Below are positions 58,807-64,000 of a DNA stretch of 64,000 nucleotides, in pieces. Location of the stretch: assembly GCA_965248435.1 (NCBI GenBank), contig OZ252100.1:800001-864000 (forward strand), written 5' to 3'. A program made the position numbers and the translations under genes. Within the stretch, counting starts at the first letter, position 1. The number at the start of each line of letters is the position of its first letter. The notes beneath the pieces were generated by a model. It saw only the letters and a list, made by a program, of their open reading frames with translations, was not told the origin of the DNA and ran no database searches. The DNA comes from Candidatus Latescibacterota bacterium (lineage in GTDB: Bacteria; Latescibacterota; UBA2968; GCA-2709665).

Positions 58807-60135
58807 TTACCGGACTGGCCGCATCCGAATACTCAGCTGGAGTGCCCTGAGGGTATGGAAGACGGCAGTGATCACCGTCAGGCCGAAAACGGCCCAGATC
58901 GCGCCGAGCGGCTCACCCAAAACGACACCTGCGAGTAGAATCAGCACATTCGTGTTTCGTCGTGCGCCAATCCTACGAAAAAATCTGTCTACGGACTCCC
59001 GATCGAACAGCTCGACCTTTGTATAGTGTTTGAAGATCCCGGTTGCCAGGCGGTCGAAAAAGGAGAAGAGGATGATGCCCGCGCCGATCAGCAGAGGCAA
59101 GTTCGAGTCCTCCGCTGTCCCGGACAGATAGCTGCCGATTGCCAGATACCACAAGGGTTCATACAACAGGTCCAGCACGTGGTCGAGTCGATCGCCGAAC
59201 CTGGAATAGACAAGCTTCAAGCGGGCCAGCTTTCCGTCCACGCCGTCCAGGACACCCACAGCCATCGCCATCAAGACGCCGACAACCAGCTCGCCACGCC
59301 AGAACAGCCCGACCGCAGCAAAGGCAACCAGGTTCGATACGAGTGTCACGTGCGTGGGCGTCACACCTGTATCCAAAAGCCGTCGTGCGATCCAGTTCTC
59401 CGGAACGGGGTGAAGATACTGCGCCGGCAGATCCAGGACCCCTTTCTGGGTCGCCTCTATCAGGATGTCCTGACCGGCCCGTAAATCCTCGTCGTCCTGG
59501 ACCGTGAAGCACGCCACGGGCAGCGATCGTCTCATGTTGACGACGTAGCTGGGAATCTCATTCAGGTCCAGCGTGTGGATATCGGCCTCAGACTCCCTTA
59601 ATTCAAGCGCCTTCCCCAGGTCCTGGTCCGCACCAGTCCCTAATTCCTGCGAAAACCTTGCCAGAAAGCTTCTCTGCAGTAGACTCAGGCCATAAAAATA
59701 GGTTGCATCATTATTCTGAACGGACGCTTCGTTTGATCGGATATGATCCGAAGCCTTTGGGGGAAAATGACTTACGAGGAAGGTGTTCGGTGAGCTCGAA
59801 AGCATGGACTCAACTGCCCTTCGATCGTAGACATACTCGGCGCGAAGCTGCAGGAACGACTCGTCGAGATGGTTTTCTATCGTCGTCAGCGAGTGTAGAT
59901 CTGCGGCCCTGCAGTCCATCTCGAGCAGTTCGACCTCCAGGTCCGACCCGGAGGTCGCGTACGCCAGGGCCTGTGTGAGGCCGCTCCCTCGCTTCACGGC
60001 GACGGTGACCCGTTTGACGCCACAAAGCCGCAAGAGTCTGAGATTCCGCTCGAACAGCGTCAGACCGCACAATCTGAGCAGACATCCCTGAGATCCGTCA
60101 TCTATGTCCCGGGCAACCAGAACCGCTTGTTTCAC
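58807..60135 (-). CDS. CDP-alcohol phosphatidyltransferase with degenerate N-terminal NTP-transferase-like domain (IPCT/DIPPS-like)
   Basis: TPTHVT, DGVDGKLAR..S.FG..LDHVLD signature; probable GTG start VKQAVLVA at 60135. Confidence 0.85.
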   Translation of the reverse strand: MKQAVLVARDIDDGSQGCLLRLCGLTLFERNLRLLRLCGVKRVTVAVKRGSGLTQALAYATSGSDLEVELLEMDCRAADLHSLTTIENHLDESFLQLRAEYVYDRRAVESMLSSSPNTFLVSHFPPKASDHIRSNEASVQNNDATYFYGLSLLQRSFLARFSQELGTGADQDLGKALELRESEADIHTLDLNEIPSYVVNMRRSLPVACFTVQDDEDLRAGQDILIEATQKGVLDLPAQYLHPVPENWIARRLLDTGVTPTHVTLVSNLVAFAAVGLFWRGELVVGVLMAMAVGVLDGVDGKLARLKLVYSRFGDRLDHVLDLLYEPLWYLAIGSYLSGTAEDSNLPLLIGAGIILFSFFDRLATGIFKHYTKVELFDRESVDRFFRRIGARRNTNVLILLAGVVLGEPLGAIWAVFGLTVITAVFHTLRALQLSIRMRPVR

Positions 60136-60352
60136 CTGAGTGATCGACAAATGGAAAACTCCGAAGTTTGGATGCCCGGGCAACATTTAAGGGGCACGCG
60201 GCCTCCGCGTGCCCCCGAAGGTCTATTTGTCCCAAATCCGGAGAGCGGTGATTCTTTATACCCCAGTCCGCCTCGGGCAGACCGCGGATGGCCTCACTTT
60301 CGCGTCAATTCATCCGGGCGATCAAAACATCGTGCGACTGATGGATTGTTGT

Positions 60353-60377
60353 GGGCGAACACAAGGTTCGCCCCTAC
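60353..60377 (-). repeat. Single GTAG-type REP
   Basis: GGGCGAAC-ACAAG-GTTCGCCCCTAC (GTAGGGGCGAAC on the - strand), close to the REP inside the RAYT gene. Confidence 0.75.
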
Positions 60378-60510
60378 CAAGCGATGCGATAGAGGTTTGG
60401 GTTTACAAACGACGATCCACGATCCGCGATTAAAACGCCCCAACCGGGATCGAGACGCCCGAACGGGATCGAGACGCCCCACGTCTCCCCCGGACAACGA
60501 ACGGCGGCTT

Positions 60511-61542
60511 TTAGGTTCCTTTGCAGTTCTCGCAGATCAGGCCGTCGAGCTGCTGGGTGCGCCATCGGTGCCGCAGCTCCTGGTATGCCGCGTTCTGCCA
60601 TATTTCGCGAATAGGCCGATCGGCACAGTTGCCCATCAGGTTCGAGCGCTCCTGATCGACGCAGCACATTATCATATCTCCGTTCCACATCACCCACGCT
60701 CGCCAGAAAGGCACGACACAGAACGGTGTCCGAACGAATTCCCGATCACCCAGGTCCATGGCCTCGATATCATCGTTTGCCCTGTTGTCCAGCTTACGGG
60801 CCTTGAGAGGTATGCCCACCTTTTTCCAATAGGCCTTCTCATTCTTGAGATTGGCAATCACGGGTTCGGTCAGGACGGTCCATATCTCCATCCTGGGTTT
60901 CTCGCCCGGGACGTTGTCCAGCATCTCTTTGAACCGCAGGATATTCCCCATCACTCGATCGAATTTCAGTGGGGCCATCGCGATCTCATAGATCTCGGGA
61001 ACGATGCTGTTGAAGCTGATGTTTATCTCGTCCATCCCCCCGGACTGAAGCAGGCGGTAACCCATTTCCTCCGTGAGCAGTCCCGCGTTCGTCGTGATGC
61101 GGACCTTCGGAGCGCGGCGCTTGCCTCTTTTCCGTGCGATGTATTCCAGTCGCTCGGGCAGGTTCTTGTCCACGAGGGGATCGTTCAGCAGGTAGGGGTT
61201 GATTTGGTATAAGGATGGATAGTCCAGGATTTCGTCGATGATCTTCTCGAAGAGCTCATCGCTCATCGTCCCGTATACCTTGTTCGCTTCCTTGCCCACG
61301 GGACAGAACGTGCAGTGTGCGTTACACCCGCTCTTGGTCTGGATATCGATAGAGTGTGGATAATCGGGTGTGAAGCGGGTAAAACGAAACCACTTCACGT
61401 ATTCGACGAAGGGGATGGAACTGGACGACGGAGAGTTCGGAAGGACGACGCGATTGATCGCGTGCTTAACCTTCTTGTACCTGCTGGAAATTACAGAGCG
61501 GGTTTCGGTCTCTTCTGTACCGATGTCATGCAGGGTCGACAT
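60511..61542 (-). CDS. Radical SAM protein with SPASM/twitch domain
   Basis: CNAHCTFC; C-terminal CVVPF..NGDMIMCC..MGN..EIW..CENC; ATG at 61542. Confidence 0.92.
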   Translation of the reverse strand: MSTLHDIGTEETETRSVISSRYKKVKHAINRVVLPNSPSSSSIPFVEYVKWFRFTRFTPDYPHSIDIQTKSGCNAHCTFCPVGKEANKVYGTMSDELFEKIIDEILDYPSLYQINPYLLNDPLVDKNLPERLEYIARKRGKRRAPKVRITTNAGLLTEEMGYRLLQSGGMDEINISFNSIVPEIYEIAMAPLKFDRVMGNILRFKEMLDNVPGEKPRMEIWTVLTEPVIANLKNEKAYWKKVGIPLKARKLDNRANDDIEAMDLGDREFVRTPFCVVPFWRAWVMWNGDMIMCCVDQERSNLMGNCADRPIREIWQNAAYQELRHRWRTQQLDGLICENCKGT

Positions 61543-62035
61543 TAGCTTTCCTGGTCTTACGACCGCGTTTTCTGATATCGCTTGCCGCCTTCTGCACAGC
61601 ATCCACGATCTTGGTGTAGCCGGTGCACCGGCACAGGTTCCCCGCCAGGGCCCGCCTGATCTCACCTTCGGTAAGTTTCGTGTTTCCGTTCAACAAGGCG
61701 AACGCTGAGACCACGATGCCAGGCGTGCAGAAGCCGCACTGCACACCGCCCAGCCCAACCATGGCCTTCTGGAGGGGATGAAGTTTTCCGTTTTCGGAAA
61801 CCCCCTCAACGGTCGTGATCTCACACCCGTCCGCCTCCACGCCGAGTACGAGGCACGAAGTCACGGGCTGCCCGTCCAGCAGGACTGTGCAGGCCCCGCA
61901 GTCGCCGGTGCTGCAGCCTTCCTTGGTCCCGGTGAGCTGAAGCTGATCCCGGAGGACGGCCAGCAGTGTCTTGCGGGGTTCCGTGGACAACTCATGTAAA
62001 ACCCCATTCACGGTCAGCTTGATCGGATGGTTCAC
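61526..62035 (-). CDS. Xanthine dehydrogenase/CoxS-family 2Fe-2S subunit
   Basis: GTKEGCSTGDCGACTV..SC, QCGFCTPG, GNLCRCTGY; GTG start at 62035. Confidence 0.95.
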   Translation of the reverse strand: MNHPIKLTVNGVLHELSTEPRKTLLAVLRDQLQLTGTKEGCSTGDCGACTVLLDGQPVTSCLVLGVEADGCEITTVEGVSENGKLHPLQKAMVGLGGVQCGFCTPGIVVSAFALLNGNTKLTEGEIRRALAGNLCRCTGYTKIVDAVQKAASDIRKRGRKTRKANVDPA

Positions 62036-62928
62036 GCCGCTCGCCTCCTCGAGGCTGACCTCTGAAGGGTATCTTCGTGCGCCGCAGCCACCATTCTGCG
62101 GGTCAGCACGCGCACGAGCTCGCGCCGGAAACCGGCGGTGGCCCGTAGATCGCTGATCGGTCTGGCCTCCTCGCCCGCTACCTCGCCCGCTTTCTTTATC
62201 AGCTCGGGAGTCAGGATCTGTCCCCGGAGGATCGACTCCGCTTCCGCCGATCGCATTGGCGTCGGTGCCACGGCACCCAGGACGATGCGGATCTCTTCGC
62301 ACGCGCCGGTCCTCGGCTCGAGCGTAACCGCCGCACCCACGCCGACGACGGCGATGTCCATCGCTTCACGAATCGTGTGCCGCACGTAGGCCGAACCGGT
62401 CCGAAGCGGTGGAACCGGCACCTGGATCGCGGTCACGAACTCGCCCGGCTCCAGCGCATTTTGCCCCGGTCCGGTCATGAATCGCTCGACCGAAAGGGTT
62501 CGTCGTCCATCTGGACCCGCGATCCGGACCTTCGCACCGAGGGCGATGAGCCCCGGTGCCGTATCGGCCGACGGCGCCGCGTTACAGACGTTTCCAACGA
62601 CCGTGGCCAGGTTCCGAATCTGGAAAGAGCCTACGACCTCAGCCCCCTGCGCAAGCCCCGCATAAGACTCCCGGACCAGCGGTGTGAGCTCTACCTGCCG
62701 CATCGTGACCGCGGAACCGATCTTGAGTCCCGCCTTCGCGTCGAAGCTGAGCTCGTTTGAACCCTTGATCCGCTTGATGTCTACAACCGCATCGGGCCGC
62801 CAGACCCGATCCTTCATGCGGACCAGCATGTCCGTGCCCCCGGCCAGGACCCTTCCCTTCGGGTGGTCCTTCAGAACCTCTACGGCTTCCCGCACAGTGG
62901 CGGGCCGGAAGTATTCGAATGCCTGCAC
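62032..62928 (-). CDS. Xanthine dehydrogenase/CoxM-family FAD-binding subunit
   Basis: LAGGTDM, QIRNLATVVGNVCNAAPSAD, PISDLRAT. Confidence 0.95.
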   Translation of the reverse strand: MQAFEYFRPATVREAVEVLKDHPKGRVLAGGTDMLVRMKDRVWRPDAVVDIKRIKGSNELSFDAKAGLKIGSAVTMRQVELTPLVRESYAGLAQGAEVVGSFQIRNLATVVGNVCNAAPSADTAPGLIALGAKVRIAGPDGRRTLSVERFMTGPGQNALEPGEFVTAIQVPVPPLRTGSAYVRHTIREAMDIAVVGVGAAVTLEPRTGACEEIRIVLGAVAPTPMRSAEAESILRGQILTPELIKKAGEVAGEEARPISDLRATAGFRRELVRVLTRRMVAAAHEDTLQRSASRRRAA

Positions 62929-62932
62929 TGCC

Positions 62933-64000
62933 CTACCTCTTTGGTTTCCGGCCGTTACCCGATCCGGCCTGGACGGCCGCGAGCACTCGCTCGGGTGTCA
63001 TCGGCATGTCCGTGACACGTATGCCCACGGCATCCTTGATGGCGTTGGCAACGGCCGCACCTCCCGGAATAATCGGAGGTTCCCCTGCCCCCTTGGCGCC
63101 GTAGGGCCCGTGCTCACACGGATCTTCCACGACCACTGTCCGAACGTTCGGTACATCGAGCGCCGTAGGAATGGCATAATCCAACAGGTTCGGGTTCAGC
63201 ACGTGTCCCTCCTCGTCGTGCCGATAGCCCTCCATCATCCCGAACCCGATCGATTGGACTGCACCGCCCTGCATCTGGCCCTCCAGCAGCATGGGATTGA
63301 GCGCCTTCCCGACGTCCTGGGCCACGACCAGATCGAGCAAACGAACCTGCCCCGTCTCCGGGTCCACCTCCACGACGGCGACTTCTACCGAATAGGCCGG
63401 ATATGTCGGGATGCTACCCACGATGGACCGGCCGCTGATCGGCCCCTCCGCGGAGTTGATCGTATCCGATGCGAGCTCCGCCACGCTCACAGCGTGCCCG
63501 GGTGAACCGACGACGCGCACGACTTCATCCACGATCTCAAGGTCCTCAACGGCGGCCTCCAGCCTGTCCGCGGCCTCCTTCAGCAGCCGATCCCGCGCCT
63601 CCAGGGCAGCTCGCCGTGCCGCCGTTCCGGCGGTGTAGGCCGCCTTGCTCCCTGCACTCAACGAGGTATAAGGAACAGAATCCGTGTCCGCCAGCCGCAC
63701 GCTCACCTTTTCGACCGGCAGGGCCAGTTCCTCAGCGACGATCTGGGCCATCACGGTGTGCAGGCCGGTAATGTCCACCTGGCCCGTCAGCACCTGCGCG
63801 GAACCGTCGCCCGCAAGCGTGACAAAGGCATTGGTCGCGCCCGATCCATTCTGCCAATTGCCGCACGCGATCCCGATCCCCTGGTTCCGCTTCAGACGAC
63901 GCTTCCCCCACCTGGCTGCTTCCGCGGCCTTCCGTATCGTCTCCCTCGCCCAGTCGTGGGCGAGCGGCGTCCCACTCGGCGCCCGATCTCCTTTGACCAA
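62933..64000 (-). CDS. Xanthine dehydrogenase/CoxL-family molybdopterin-binding subunit, 5' part outside the window
   Basis: EVDPETG, DVGKALNP..EGQMQGG, GPYGAKGAGE. Confidence 0.94.
   Translation of the reverse strand: MVKGDRAPSGTPLAHDWARETIRKAAEAARWGKRRLKRNQGIGIACGNWQNGSGATNAFVTLAGDGSAQVLTGQVDITGLHTVMAQIVAEELALPVEKVSVRLADTDSVPYTSLSAGSKAAYTAGTAARRAALEARDRLLKEAADRLEAAVEDLEIVDEVVRVVGSPGHAVSVAELASDTINSAEGPISGRSIVGSIPTYPAYSVEVAVVEVDPETGQVRLLDLVVAQDVGKALNPMLLEGQMQGGAVQSIGFGMMEGYRHDEEGHVLNPNLLDYAIPTALDVPNVRTVVVEDPCEHGPYGAKGAGEPPIIPGGAAVANAIKDAVGIRVTDMPMTPERVLAAVQAGSGNGRKPKR

Noticed and set aside
62032-64000. Aerobic CO dehydrogenase (true CoxMSL)
   Set aside because: The active-site loop is outside the window and the gene order is L-M-S; only a family-level call is supported.

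Overview
A GC-rich bacterial window in which nearly every gene lies on the - strand; the exceptions are one response regulator at 38 kb and a three-gene block at 45.5-48.9 kb. From 0-9 kb it holds transport and hydrolase genes: a TRAP DctP, an APC permease fused to a TrkA/RCK domain, a DUF4091 glycoside hydrolase, a dipeptidase, a GH172/DUF2961 gene with an in-frame TAG, a NUDIX hydrolase and a PhyH dioxygenase. From 9.3-19.3 kb there is a defence island bracketed by two diverged 59-bp direct repeats, each containing a sigma70-like promoter. The island carries a HEPN-like DUF3644 gene ending in a canonical integron attC site, then a type I R-M operon (hsdM, hsdS, RAYT-type HUH nuclease, AlbA remnant, frameshifted hsdR, M48). 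Two TA pairs follow, then metabolic genes separated by several families of REP-like palindromes. From 28.8-56 kb lies a large signalling region with duplicated GAF hybrid kinases, duplicated REC-AraC regulators, CRP-like boxes, a TCS facing ankyrin/TBDR/PepSY genes, and a TBDR-PhnD-like-HK set. The window ends with DUF3047, a CDP-alcohol phosphotransferase, a radical SAM/SPASM gene and a CoxLMS-like molybdoenzyme. About ten copies of one sequence-conserved hairpin (AAGGYCGYGAR..YTCRCGRCCTT) mark module boundaries throughout. No rRNA, intact tRNA, CRISPR array or integrase was seen. All product calls come from motif recognition by eye, not database searches.
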